From: Minisyncoccota bacterium
Lineage (GTDB): Bacteria > Patescibacteriota > Minisyncoccia > Phycocordibacterales > UBA6899
DNA length: 64,000 nucleotides
Assembly (NCBI GenBank): GCA_035583355.1
Contig: DATEZQ010000003.1
Location: 193,844-257,843, forward strand
Reading direction: 5' to 3'
Shown: one piece after another, positions 19,593 to 28,988 of the stretch
How the letters are laid out: the number at the start of each line of letters is the position of its first letter
How positions within the stretch are numbered: position 1 is the stretch's first letter
Notes under the pieces: generated by a model
The model's input: only the letters and a program-made list of their open reading frames with translations
Database searches by the model: none
What the model was told of the DNA's origin: nothing
Translations under genes and position numbers: made by a program

Positions 19593-20165
19593 GTTTCTTG
19601 GTGTGTTCTCGATTAATATTTCTACTAGCGACCTAAGTGCGAAATATCCATTTCGAACTAAAATTTGATCTCTTATCGAATTTGGATCTTTCGTTCCATG
19701 AAAAAGATTATTACGAATTTGATACAACACCTCAACCATATTGCTCCAATCTTCTTGGTTATTTATGTTTCCCCGATCATCGCGAACCCCTATAAACTTA
19801 TTGCGGGAGGAGTTGTTCCACCAGCCAGCATCACCCTGAAGACCAGTATCATTAAGTTCATTCATGAGTTCAAGCCAGCTTCCTCTTAGTACTGAGTCCT
19901 TAGCAATTTGATTGATGTAATGCTGCTGCACGGTGGTTTCAGCCTTTAATATTTGAATCGAGCTACGCTCTTTCCCGTCCCCTCGATATAGCTGTCTTAT
20001 GAGTGATACAAACGCTAGATACTCCACCATGAATAGAATGAAAAAATCAATATTTGCTTTATTGTGCCAATCAATTGCTCTTTTTAAGAAATCAACAGGA
20101 GTTGCTCCTTCAAGCATTTTCATTAAAGCATTGATTTGCATCTGCAATTCTTCTAGGGTTGCCAT
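19590..20165 (-). CDS. HEPN-motif protein (putative Abi-like RNase)
   Basis: C-terminal QIRNNLFHGTKD matches the HEPN Rx4HG motif. Start chosen at MATLEEL. Confidence 0.45.
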   Translation of the reverse strand: MATLEELQMQINALMKMLEGATPVDFLKRAIDWHNKANIDFFILFMVEYLAFVSLIRQLYRGDGKERSSIQILKAETTVQQHYINQIAKDSVLRGSWLELMNELNDTGLQGDAGWWNNSSRNKFIGVRDDRGNINNQEDWSNMVEVLYQIRNNLFHGTKDPNSIRDQILVRNGYFALRSLVEILIENTPRN

Positions 20166-20248
20166 ATAGGTATTATATTCCAAACTAACAATACTTCAAT
20201 TTTATCTACTTGAGTGTGGACTGAGCTGGCATGTGCTAATATGAATAC

Positions 20249-20524
20249 GTGACCAAGAACCCAAAAAATATATTTGTACCTGATGCGGTGCTGGATCTGC
20301 AGAGGCTGTCGATGAAACAGGCGACGGCGAAGTTGAAGAATTTGCGCAGCAGCTACAAGAAGGGGACGAAGGTGCGCATACTCATCGGGAAGGGTGGGTA
20401 TGGATCAGCGCCTCCGGAGATCCCGACGCTGACGAAGAAATTTCTCACCAATGAGGGCTATGCTTGGTCCTATGCCAAGCCGGTGGATGGTGGTGATGGA
20501 GCGCTTGATTGTATTATCGAGTAG
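20249..20524 (+). CDS. Smr-domain protein
   Basis: VLDLQRLSMKQATAKLKNLRSSYKKGTKVRILIGKGGYGS resembles the Smr core (LDLHG...A...L...V.IIHGKG). Confidence 0.5.
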   Translation: MTKNPKNIFVPDAVLDLQRLSMKQATAKLKNLRSSYKKGTKVRILIGKGGYGSAPPEIPTLTKKFLTNEGYAWSYAKPVDGGDGALDCIIE

Positions 20525-20539
20525 TCATAACAAACAGAA

Positions 20540-20572
20540 TACTGTTCAATAAAAAATGGGGCCTGGCCCCAT
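20540..20572. terminator. bidirectional terminator
   Basis: aaaaaatggggcc-tg-gccccattttt between convergent genes. Confidence 0.6.
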
Positions 20573-20604
20573 TTTTGTTTTTCTACTGAGCGATACTTAT
20601 TTGT

Positions 20605-21126
20605 TTATGTTCTAAGGGCGGCATTACGCACGTCGTCGTCGCTCACCTCTCCAGCAAGATACTTGCAGAGCAAATTGGTGTCGGCTGGTGTGCCCGGGAG
20701 TCCTGCGTAGGGGGTAACAAAATCCGTGCCGTCTTGCAGGGTGACCGAGATGCCATGGCCGGTTACGAATCCTCTGCGCTCGGGGAGGATCCACGTTTCC
20801 AGAATAGCGAGGGTGTGTTGTTTGCTGCCTTCATCCCAGCTAAGCTTGAGGAATGTTGGGATGCGTTCGGCATCCTGTCTTTTCCGCAACGTGGGTGGAT
20901 AGAGCGGGACACAGAGCGCGATGATTCCTTCTTTGCCCTCTTCGGGGTAGAAGGTGATGCGCTTATGGTCTTCGACCAAGCTTCTTCCGGGCTTCGAGCG
21001 GACGGAAGTTCCAAGCAGAAAGATCGCGTTGTGGGAATCTTTGACGCCAAGATGGATCGTGTTGCCCTCACGTTCCGTATAGAGCAATTCGTCGATACGC
21101 ATACCGTCTCCAATGTGCATGAACAA
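20605..21126 (-). CDS. hypothetical protein
   Basis: 173 aa ORF with no recognised motif. Confidence 0.4.
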   Translation of the reverse strand: MFMHIGDGMRIDELLYTEREGNTIHLGVKDSHNAIFLLGTSVRSKPGRSLVEDHKRITFYPEEGKEGIIALCVPLYPPTLRKRQDAERIPTFLKLSWDEGSKQHTLAILETWILPERRGFVTGHGISVTLQDGTDFVTPYAGLPGTPADTNLLCKYLAGEVSDDDVRNAALRT

Positions 21127-21233
21127 ACTGTGCTGATACTAGCGCATATAACACAATGGTCAAGAAAATGTAAGCAGTTACTATTTTGCTCATACTATTC
21201 TCTACTGCCCATTTATGCTATTATGCGGGCAAT

Positions 21234-21497
21234 ATGAAAAAGCCATACGAAGAGGAGGTTGATGAGGATGAGCAGGATGAGGACGAGGTCGTCGTCGATG
21301 CGAATGGTACGCCGCTCGCAAATGGCGATACTGTGCTCGTTATTAAGGATCTCAAGGTAAAGGGAAGTCCGGTTGGTTTTAAGAAGGGGACTAAGATCAA
21401 GAACATTCGCCTTACGGGTGGTACTGAAGGTATCAGTGGTAGCACTGATCAGATCAAGGGTTTCACGATTCGCGCAGAATACGTGAAGAAGGCATAA
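21234..21497 (+). CDS. PhnA/YjdC-like protein (C-terminal domain only, acidic N-terminus)
   Basis: VVDANGTPLANGDTVLVIKDLKVKGSPVGFKKGTKIKNIRLTGG...IKGFTIRAEYVKKA closely parallels the E. coli PhnA C-domain. The N-terminal Zn-ribbon is replaced by EEEVDEDEQDEDE. Confidence 0.65.
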   Translation: MKKPYEEEVDEDEQDEDEVVVDANGTPLANGDTVLVIKDLKVKGSPVGFKKGTKIKNIRLTGGTEGISGSTDQIKGFTIRAEYVKKA

Positions 21498-21523
21498 ATA
21501 AAAATGGGGTCTGACCCCATTTT

Positions 21524-22054
21524 TTAATACGTTGGACTTTCCTCACTAATTCCTGCACGGTGATTCGACTGGCGCGCAAGGGCATAGAGGAGGCTCGAAA
21601 GACGATTGAGGTAGGCAAGTGTTGAGGGATTGAGTGCGAGGATGCCTTCGTCGTGCACGGCAACCATGCGACGCTCCGCTCGTCGCGCGATTGTGCGCGC
21701 AACATCGAAGAGTGCTCCGAGTTCGGTTCCTCCAGAAACGAAGAAAGTTTTTACTGGCGGTAGGGTAGTTTCGATGTCGTTAATGATCTGTTCTATTTCC
21801 GTCACTGACTCCTGTGCAATATTTTTGTCTGCACCAGCAGTTTCTGCTTGCGCGATGAAGAGGTTATTCTGTACATTCCCGATGAGGGTACCAAGCTCGA
21901 GGCCAACTTGTTTGTGTACTTTGATGAGTCCTAGAAACGAGTTTATCTCATCAAGTGTGCCAAGAGCCTCTGTAATCGAGGAATTTTTCGAGAAGCGTAC
22001 TTTTGAGCCAAATGCGCTTGTTGTTCCGTCGTCACCTTTTCCTGTATAAAGCAT
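21524..22054 (-). CDS. ATP:cob(I)alamin adenosyltransferase (PduO-type)
   Basis: MLYTGKGDDGTTSAFGSKVRFSKNSSITEALGTLDEINSFLG is the N-terminal signature of the PduO/MMAB family. Start at the internal M, 22054. Confidence 0.7.
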   Translation of the reverse strand: MLYTGKGDDGTTSAFGSKVRFSKNSSITEALGTLDEINSFLGLIKVHKQVGLELGTLIGNVQNNLFIAQAETAGADKNIAQESVTEIEQIINDIETTLPPVKTFFVSGGTELGALFDVARTIARRAERRMVAVHDEGILALNPSTLAYLNRLSSLLYALARQSNHRAGISEESPTY

Positions 22055-22115
22055 AGGACAAGTGTAGCATGTTCCTTTGCATGAGAAAAAGCGCCACTTT
22101 GTGGCGCTCGCTGAT

Positions 22116-22403
22116 TCATTCGAAAGCGATGTGGGGGACAAGCGGCTTGGTGACTGGACTCGCGAGGCACTCGGTGCACAGCGCGCCCGCAGCTTCGGCC
22201 TTGCTTGTGGAGGCAGAGCGCCAGCTGACGGAGGGCCGCACTTTCAAGAGCTTTCCGCCCTCCGTGGGCAGGGTGGTGTACTTGTTCAGGTCGCAGTTGC
22301 ACTGATCGGGAATCGCGTCGGTGGTCTCGACGTTGCGTGCCTCGACGACTACGCCTACTCCGCACAGTATGCAGAGATACTTCCGCTCCTCTTTGTAGGT
22401 CAT
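22116..22403 (-). CDS. small Cys-rich (zinc-ribbon-like) protein
   Basis: CILCG...CNC...CTEC motifs. The overlapping +strand ORF (22077-22574) looks non-coding. Confidence 0.3.
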   Translation of the reverse strand: MTYKEERKYLCILCGVGVVVEARNVETTDAIPDQCNCDLNKYTTLPTEGGKLLKVRPSVSWRSASTSKAEAAGALCTECLASPVTKPLVPHIAFE

Positions 22404-22574
22404 ACGCACTCCTTCTGTATTGTTCGCCAGCGCGAACGAGGGTCTGTGCCTATGCTACGCTTTGCGGCACCATACGTCAAATGGCTCATTATTCTCAGAT
22501 TATTGCAAAGCCTCCTTACGTACGGTAGTCTACGTGTAGAGCCATTGTATTGCAGTATTTCTGAAAGGGAGCAC

Positions 22575-23387
22575 ATGCAGAAGTCACTGTTATCGCGTCA
22601 CTTTGAATTTGGAATTTGGATGTTTGATCTTGACGATACGCTCATGTGGAATTGCACGACGTACAATCAGCCCATCATCGATTTCATTCAGTACCTCACT
22701 GAGGTCTTTGGAAATCGCATTCCCTCATTGGGGACGATGGCACGCATTCAGGAAGACATCGATTGCGGACTGGGGAAGAAGCCTAACCCACGTACGGGTG
22801 AGCTCTATGGATTTGGGGCGGACCGTTTCCCTGATTCATTGATGATCACGTATCGTCAGCTCTGCACGCGTGGGTTCGGCACCTATGATGCAAATGTTGC
22901 AGAGCGGTGTCGTGAGATTGGGAAGCGTGCATTCGATGTGGAGAATTATTCCCGGCTCGGACTCGTGCCGGGAGCACAAGAGCTCTTGGACGCAATTCCC
23001 GTACAGCACCATCAGGTACTTGTCACCAAAGGTGAAAAGTGGGTGCAGGAGAACAAGATCAATGCCCTTGGTTTTCGCGATTGGTTTGATGACATCTTCA
23101 TCGTCGATCACAAGGATGGCGATACGTATCGAGACATTCTCTCGAGCCTCCGCGCAAAAGCAGGGATGCAGTCTGAGCTCTATGTGCCCGAAAACTGCAT
23201 CGCGGTAGGGAATTCGTTCTCATCTGATATCGCACCAGCACTCGCACTCGGCATGAACGCAATCTTCATTCCATGCCCCACATGGATAGCGGAGAGTGTA
23301 ATTGTCGACGAACTCTCCGAAGATGCGAGTAGCCGCTTCGTGGAACTTGAAAACATTTCCGAAATCCATTCGCTCATTTCGTACTAG
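22575..23387 (+). CDS. HAD-superfamily hydrolase
   Basis: WMFDLDDTLMWN (DxDxT motif I). GAAAGGGAG SD before the ATG at 22575. The ORF track's upstream extension is rejected. Confidence 0.65.
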   Translation: MQKSLLSRHFEFGIWMFDLDDTLMWNCTTYNQPIIDFIQYLTEVFGNRIPSLGTMARIQEDIDCGLGKKPNPRTGELYGFGADRFPDSLMITYRQLCTRGFGTYDANVAERCREIGKRAFDVENYSRLGLVPGAQELLDAIPVQHHQVLVTKGEKWVQENKINALGFRDWFDDIFIVDHKDGDTYRDILSSLRAKAGMQSELYVPENCIAVGNSFSSDIAPALALGMNAIFIPCPTWIAESVIVDELSEDASSRFVELENISEIHSLISY

Positions 23388-23430
23388 AAAAAGCGCCGCA
23401 TGTTGCGGCGCTTTGTTGTATTTCCTTGAA

Positions 23431-24087
23431 TCACTTCGGCATCTGGAGCGGATCCATGACGCCGGTTTCGTAGGCCTTCTTGGTCTGGCTGTCGAGGATG
23501 ATGCGTTCCATCTTCTCGAGTGCTTCTTTCCCGTAATAGACCTTGTCGCCGATGCGGGCCTGGAGGTTGTTCGTGGGGAAGAAGTACTTGAGGATGTATG
23601 CGCGTGCGAAGCCCTTGCGACGCCAATTGTTGTAGGTGCGAATCTGGTCGAGCAGGTAGTCCTGCTTTCCCTTGAAGGCCTCGCGACCCGCTTTTACGAA
23701 CGGGAGAATCTTGTCATAGATTCCGAATTCGTTCGTGCCGGGGTAGGCCTCCTTGATCATCGAGACCATGGCCGAACCATCGAATCCGCCACCTTCTTTA
23801 TCGTAGCGGCCAGTGACGGCGTCGGTCATGAACTTGGTCATCTTGTCGCTCTTCATGTTCGCGATGCCGGCCTGCTCGTAGAACCCGGAGACGTAGGAGC
23901 TGAGCTCGTTCTGGTTGCTGAGGAAGAGCGCGGACAGCGCGGTCTCCTGGGGGACGCTTTCGTTGTACGTGTCGTTCACACAGGAGTAGGACAGGAGGAG
24001 CGCGATGATCGCGATCGCACCATAGACCCACTTCTTGAGCTTCTTCCAGGAGAAGCTGAATCCGTTGTCGTTCGCATTCTCGTTCAT
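23431..24087 (-). CDS. membrane-anchored hypothetical protein
   Basis: N-terminal TM WVYGAIAIIALLLSY. AAGGAG SD. Start overlaps the stop of the upstream gene (operon with 24090-25565). Confidence 0.5.
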   Translation of the reverse strand: MNENANDNGFSFSWKKLKKWVYGAIAIIALLLSYSCVNDTYNESVPQETALSALFLSNQNELSSYVSGFYEQAGIANMKSDKMTKFMTDAVTGRYDKEGGGFDGSAMVSMIKEAYPGTNEFGIYDKILPFVKAGREAFKGKQDYLLDQIRTYNNWRRKGFARAYILKYFFPTNNLQARIGDKVYYGKEALEKMERIILDSQTKKAYETGVMDPLQMPK

Positions 24088-24089
24088 GA

Positions 24090-25565
24090 TCACTCCTTGA
24101 TGTGTATGCGCAGCTTGCGCAAGACTTCGTTGAAGAAAGAGTCTCCGTCGCACATAGCGAAGAGGACCCAGATGAGGCACGAGGTGATGAATGCGGCGAT
24201 GCCGATATACCATTCCTGATCTCGCCCGAGGCGAATATCATTCTTGAGATAAAGGTAACCGCCTTGTCCGTCCTTCCCAGTCATCGAGACGCGTTTGAAA
24301 CGGACGCCTTGCACTTCTTTGCCCATAAGGATACGGGGGATTATTCCCGGCTCCTTTTGCGCTTGATTCATTACGCTGATGTTCCATCGCGTTGCGACGG
24401 ACGAAAAGAATGAATCATCAGCGACATTGTTCTGACTCGACTTTGCTACGCTCATCGGTTTTCCGAGGAGTAGCTCGTGCGAAAAAGGCTTTCCCGCCAA
24501 TTGCTCATTGAGCGCGATGGTCAGGCGTTCGTTTCCGCGGGGCATGCCGGTAAAGGCACGTGCATAGTCGACATGCTCTCCACTATCTCGAGTGCCGATG
24601 AGCACAACAAGTGCATTCTTCGCGAGTGCATCTTTGCCGTGCTTTCCAGAATCGAGCATGTATGCTTGGAGTGCGAGCATGTAACGGTCGGGATTGCCAC
24701 TAATGAGTTTTTCATTAGTGATGATCACGTAGAGGTCGCACTGCACATCGCCGAGACTTGCATTGGTATACGCAAGGGATTGCGCCCACCCATTACTGAA
24801 GGGGACGTTGCCAAAGATGAAACAGCGCTGTGGATTAATGAACCCCGAAAGATTGCGTGCAAGTTTCGGCATGAGGCCTTTCGCTTCGTACTCTGCGATA
24901 TCACCAGAGTGCTTGCGCATGAGCGATTCATTGCTCGCGAGGATGTAGTTGTCGTAGGAATTACGCGTGGTGACTGGGGCAGGTTGTCCCTGCTGTAGTC
25001 GCTCGCGCAAAGCACGCCATGAGCTCGGTTCGCCGACGCCCGCACGCTGCTGGATGTAGTCCGGCACAGGCACCGACCTCCGCCAGCGATGCTGGTTGGG
25101 ATTCTCGGGAAGGCGATATGAGTCGACAGTGTAATCACCGAGTGTTGTTCCCGCGTTGTAGTTCAGTTCGAACGTTGTATACGGGCACTGATGATAGCGT
25201 GTCTCTGCACGATAGCAGGTTCGCGACTGTTTGCCGTCGCCGCACTCATAAGGGACCATAACGACATACGGATCGCAGTCGTAGGTCCAGCGGCCCGGTC
25301 CATCGCGTGAAGTCTTGATGAGCTCACGCGTCGCGCTGCTTTCCCAGCCGTTCCAGTTTTCGTTGAAGGTGAGATTGCTTGCCTGTGCAATTTTCCATCC
25401 AATCCACGCAGTGGAGGGGACGAGAATGGTACAGATTGCGATCGCACCGGTCACGAACTCTATTTGCGTGATGCGCAGATAGGGGTGGAAACGCTTGAGT
25501 AGTGCTCCGGTGATGAATCCTGCGAGGAGTGCGGCGATGATGACGTAGAGTGCAATGGTAAGCAC
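24090..25565 (-). CDS. membrane protein (2 N-terminal TM, large extracytoplasmic domain, C-terminal TM)
   Basis: 491 aa. Hydrophobic segments at both ends. Cys-rich segment YDCDPYVVMVPYECGDGKQSRTCY. Confidence 0.5.
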   Translation of the reverse strand: MLTIALYVIIAALLAGFITGALLKRFHPYLRITQIEFVTGAIAICTILVPSTAWIGWKIAQASNLTFNENWNGWESSATRELIKTSRDGPGRWTYDCDPYVVMVPYECGDGKQSRTCYRAETRYHQCPYTTFELNYNAGTTLGDYTVDSYRLPENPNQHRWRRSVPVPDYIQQRAGVGEPSSWRALRERLQQGQPAPVTTRNSYDNYILASNESLMRKHSGDIAEYEAKGLMPKLARNLSGFINPQRCFIFGNVPFSNGWAQSLAYTNASLGDVQCDLYVIITNEKLISGNPDRYMLALQAYMLDSGKHGKDALAKNALVVLIGTRDSGEHVDYARAFTGMPRGNERLTIALNEQLAGKPFSHELLLGKPMSVAKSSQNNVADDSFFSSVATRWNISVMNQAQKEPGIIPRILMGKEVQGVRFKRVSMTGKDGQGGYLYLKNDIRLGRDQEWYIGIAAFITSCLIWVLFAMCDGDSFFNEVLRKLRIHIKE

Positions 25566-25757
25566 AGAGGCTCCTTTTTTGAAAGAATTTCTATGGTAAC
25601 ATAACCATGCAAAAGTGCTTTTGTCAATAACATCAAGTCTACATACTTAATGGAAATACTAGGAAAGAAAGAATGCACGCGATGGAATGTTACAGTCTTC
25701 GTTTAGATTGCTCAATAGTGGAATTGCTTTATACTTATGTACATAACTATTAATATC

Positions 25758-26324
25758 ATGGCAAACCAAGAAAGTGGTGCAGGGATGGCACGCGAGCGCG
25801 TCGCCTCAGATATCGAATTAACGAAGGGTGGTGCAGATTACACGGTAGACGCAGGGGCAGACCGCCCTCGTCTCGAGGCAACACAGGAGCAGATCGAGGC
25901 TATGCGTGGGATGGAAAATAACGCAGAGCTCGGTGCAGCTGCTTTGCAGCAAATCGGCGAGCGTGTTGCTGCAGAAAAGGCTGAAGCTGCAGAGATCGAG
26001 AAGCAGGAAAAGGCAAAGGCCGATGCACTCATTGTTGTGCAGCGTGATAAGTTGAATCAACTTTATGATGCAGCGAACTACTCTCCAGAAGAGCGTAATG
26101 ATACTGAGATTGGACACATCAAACTTGCCGTTGATTTGAGTAAAGATAAGTGGACTCCTCGTGATCAGCGTCCACAGAATAAGCCACCTGTTGTACAAGG
26201 TTTTGGTGATAATCGCCCACAGCGAGCGCAGGCCGCAGGCTACTATGCAGGCACATTGCCTACAACTGCTCCCCCAGTCCAAAAGCCAAAGGGTTTCCTG
26301 AAAGGACTATTCGGTGGCAACTAG
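25758..26324 (+). CDS. hypothetical protein
   Basis: ORF with an Ala/Glu-rich region. Terminator hairpin aagagcaccttcggggtgctcttt at 26352-26376. Confidence 0.4.
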   Translation: MANQESGAGMARERVASDIELTKGGADYTVDAGADRPRLEATQEQIEAMRGMENNAELGAAALQQIGERVAAEKAEAAEIEKQEKAKADALIVVQRDKLNQLYDAANYSPEERNDTEIGHIKLAVDLSKDKWTPRDQRPQNKPPVVQGFGDNRPQRAQAAGYYAGTLPTTAPPVQKPKGFLKGLFGGN

Positions 26325-26428
26325 TAGATATTCCTCTATTTTGCATAACAAAGAGCACCTTCGGGGTGCTCTTTACAATATATAAAATATATCGTAGGGT
26401 TTAGCGAGAAGTGCTCCAGAGGTGCACC

Positions 26429-26968
26429 ATGCACACTGCTACGCTGAAGTTTGAGCTTGAACAGCTGCACATTATTAGTGGCATCAAAGTCTGCCGAAAG
26501 GATGACCTCGAGAACATCCATGTTTATGCAGACAGCAAGCGTATGCTTGTCCTGCCGATTACCATCGAAGATCCTCCGCTCATTATTCACCGCGGTGAGA
26601 CAGAGGACGAAATGTTGTACTATCTTTCGCGCCTATCACTCGTATCCGACGGTCGAGGTGGACTCTTCGCCTCTCGCGAGGTGGGTGACAAGGAGAAGAT
26701 GCTTCTCCTCATCGACACGCGAGATGAGGGAGCCCCGCTGCGAAACTCTGGTGAGTACACGATTCCGCGAATGCACGATGTGCGACTCCCGAGTAAGCGT
26801 ACTTCTCGCAGGCTAGGAGAGGCTAAGTTTGGCATGATCGTGTGTGTACCTAGCGAGTCATATTTCGTGCGGTCTACTAGTGGTCACGTCGCGAAACTCA
26901 CACTGGGGGCAGATGGTGTGTTCTCTTGTTCTCCTTGTGATGGGCGCAAAGTTTCATTTTCAGGCTAA
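26429..26968 (+). CDS. hypothetical protein
   Basis: ORF followed by the terminator ggcccgcaaccgcgggcctttt at 26981-27003. Confidence 0.4.
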   Translation: MHTATLKFELEQLHIISGIKVCRKDDLENIHVYADSKRMLVLPITIEDPPLIIHRGETEDEMLYYLSRLSLVSDGRGGLFASREVGDKEKMLLLIDTRDEGAPLRNSGEYTIPRMHDVRLPSKRTSRRLGEAKFGMIVCVPSESYFVRSTSGHVAKLTLGADGVFSCSPCDGRKVSFSG

Positions 26969-27009
26969 GTAATAGGTTAAAGGCCCGCAACCGCGGGCCT
27001 TTTGTTATT

Positions 27010-27561
27010 TTACCAATCTATTGCATTTGCCGTACTCATCTTCCATGCCCAGATTCCCGCTGGGTCAGTGTAGTCGACCGTTGTCGAACTTACTCCTCCG
27101 TCGCGATAAGGGTCAATAAGCTCGGGGTGACTCGTGTAGTTAAAGTTCGAGTCAACGTCTCTCATACGGTGCGCGAGGATGGCATACCCCGTTCCAAATT
27201 GATCGACACGATAGATGTAGCATGCAGTCGTGCCATTGGTGATTGGTTGCACGGGGAAGCGAGGGAGATAGTTGGGAACGAGTCCAGGAATGACCGCATT
27301 GTTCGCTAACCCGCCATACGAAGTACACTCAGTGCGCGTTTCCACTCCCGCGTATCCTCCAGTCGGGTAGAATCCATTCGCATCATTGTAGAGTTCGAGG
27401 GCAATTTTTATCTGTTCCATATCTGAAATGATGCGCGCCTCTTTTGCTTTCCTGCGTGCAGAAGATAGTGAAGCAAGCACGACGCTCGAAAGAATGCCAA
27501 TGATCGCAATGACAACAAGGAGCTCGATGAGTGTGAAGCCTTTTCGCGTGCTAATTTTCAT
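27010..27561 (-). CDS. type IV pilin-like protein
   Basis: MKISTRKG|FTLIELLVVIAIIGILSSVVLASL. Confidence 0.8.
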   Translation of the reverse strand: MKISTRKGFTLIELLVVIAIIGILSSVVLASLSSARRKAKEARIISDMEQIKIALELYNDANGFYPTGGYAGVETRTECTSYGGLANNAVIPGLVPNYLPRFPVQPITNGTTACYIYRVDQFGTGYAILAHRMRDVDSNFNYTSHPELIDPYRDGGVSSTTVDYTDPAGIWAWKMSTANAIDW

Positions 27562-27597
27562 TGGTGTATTTTATCATGAGTGAAAACTGATAAGAGC

Positions 27598-28224
27598 TTA
27601 ATTCGGCGAAGGGTCATATATAGTGTCGACATTCTCTCCGCCGTTACACCATTTCACGAGAAGCAGTGCTATCCCTGAGCCATACGAAGTATTATTGTTT
27701 TTACAGGATTGGGGATTGTTCGCATCCTCAAGTTGCGCAATAAGGTCGTAGGTATTTGGACGCGTTGCCTGGAGGTTCACCGCATTTACTCCTGTTCTTC
27801 CGACGTTGCCATATGCATAGACATAGCAATTGGCTTGCCATGGAGTGCACTTGCCACCATTGATGACATCACTCGCAGAGCCACTATTGAGTGGGTCGAC
27901 GGGGAGCCTTGGTATATAGGGAGCAAGATCAGCTTGGAGACTTGTCCATCCGGTATTATTGCTCACATCGTAACCGTGCGTGTCCCAACATGGTGGGGTA
28001 GAACATTCAGGTGCATAGGCCTGATGAATAGGTGGATAATATCCATTCGCATCATTATAGAGTTCAAGCGCAAGTGTAATTTGTGTAAAATCAGCAATGC
28101 GTCGCGCGTCACGAGATTTTTTACGTGCAGTAGTAAGACTTGCAAGCACGACGCTCGAAAGAATGCCAATGATTGCGATGACAACAAGGAGCTCAATTAA
28201 TGTAAAGCCGCGTGAAGATTTCAT
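27598..28224 (-). CDS. type IV pilin-like protein
   Basis: MKSSRG|FTLIELLVVIAIIGILSSVVLASL. The 5' ~70 nt are nearly identical at DNA level to 27010-27561. Confidence 0.8.
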   Translation of the reverse strand: MKSSRGFTLIELLVVIAIIGILSSVVLASLTTARKKSRDARRIADFTQITLALELYNDANGYYPPIHQAYAPECSTPPCWDTHGYDVSNNTGWTSLQADLAPYIPRLPVDPLNSGSASDVINGGKCTPWQANCYVYAYGNVGRTGVNAVNLQATRPNTYDLIAQLEDANNPQSCKNNNTSYGSGIALLLVKWCNGGENVDTIYDPSPN

Positions 28225-28319
28225 GAGTATATCTTACCACGATAGTATAAATAATGAAGTATAAAAGATGGTGCGCGCTTGTGCACTCATTTTCTTTGTT
28301 CTCATGTTATTATGGAGTA

Positions 28320-28925
28320 ATGGAAAGTGATTCATTTGCGCAACATCATCCACATACGCTTGGTGATTATCTCTCGCGTGGCCTCGTGCTTTTCGTATAT
28401 CGTACTGCAAAAGTAGTATTCCACTCGAGCTATGCTGAACATGCACTTGTACTTGAAGCCACATTATCTTCAATGCTGACCTCAGCAGCTACACATTTGC
28501 AGTATACTGCACTGCGTAATCTTCGTGCAGATCGTGCGCGTATCGAGGATCTCCTTGGAGAGGCAAGTAGTGAACATTTGCATCTTTTGGTACTCAAGCG
28601 TGTACAGACACTCTCTTGGCTAGGGCGTACAGCCATCTGGAAGATGCAGTTCATCTATGTACCACTTTTTCGTTTGCTGTATATCATTTCGCCTTCAGCT
28701 GCGCATCGGCTTATCGCGTATAGCGAAGAGCGACTTGCGGGTATTTACGCCGACTGGTTACTCGAATTGCTTTGTGGCGCTTCGGAGAATGCTCCTGCAC
28801 CCCTTGTTGCTATCCAATACTGGGAGCTTGGTGAAGAAGCGACACTTGTCGAACTCGTGAATGTACTCATTGCGGATACTGCGAAAAATCGCGATCGTAA
28901 CCACGCGATTGCAGATCAAAAATAA
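28320..28925 (+). CDS. hypothetical protein
   Basis: ORF followed by two terminator-like hairpins at 28922-28987. Confidence 0.4.
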   Translation: MESDSFAQHHPHTLGDYLSRGLVLFVYRTAKVVFHSSYAEHALVLEATLSSMLTSAATHLQYTALRNLRADRARIEDLLGEASSEHLHLLVLKRVQTLSWLGRTAIWKMQFIYVPLFRLLYIISPSAAHRLIAYSEERLAGIYADWLLELLCGASENAPAPLVAIQYWELGEEATLVELVNVLIADTAKNRDRNHAIADQK

Positions 28926-28988
28926 ACACCACCCGTGTTTATTTTTTTAGTGAAAAACGAGCGCCGAAGCGCTCGTGTGTTTTGTGAT

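Noticed and set aside
22077-22574. Long +strand ORF upstream of and fused to the HAD hydrolase (436 aa)
   Set aside because: Its first 166 aa have an Ala/Gly/Arg-biased composition with no homology. SD and ATG at 22575 fit the HAD start. The region more plausibly encodes the minus-strand small Cys-rich protein or is non-coding.
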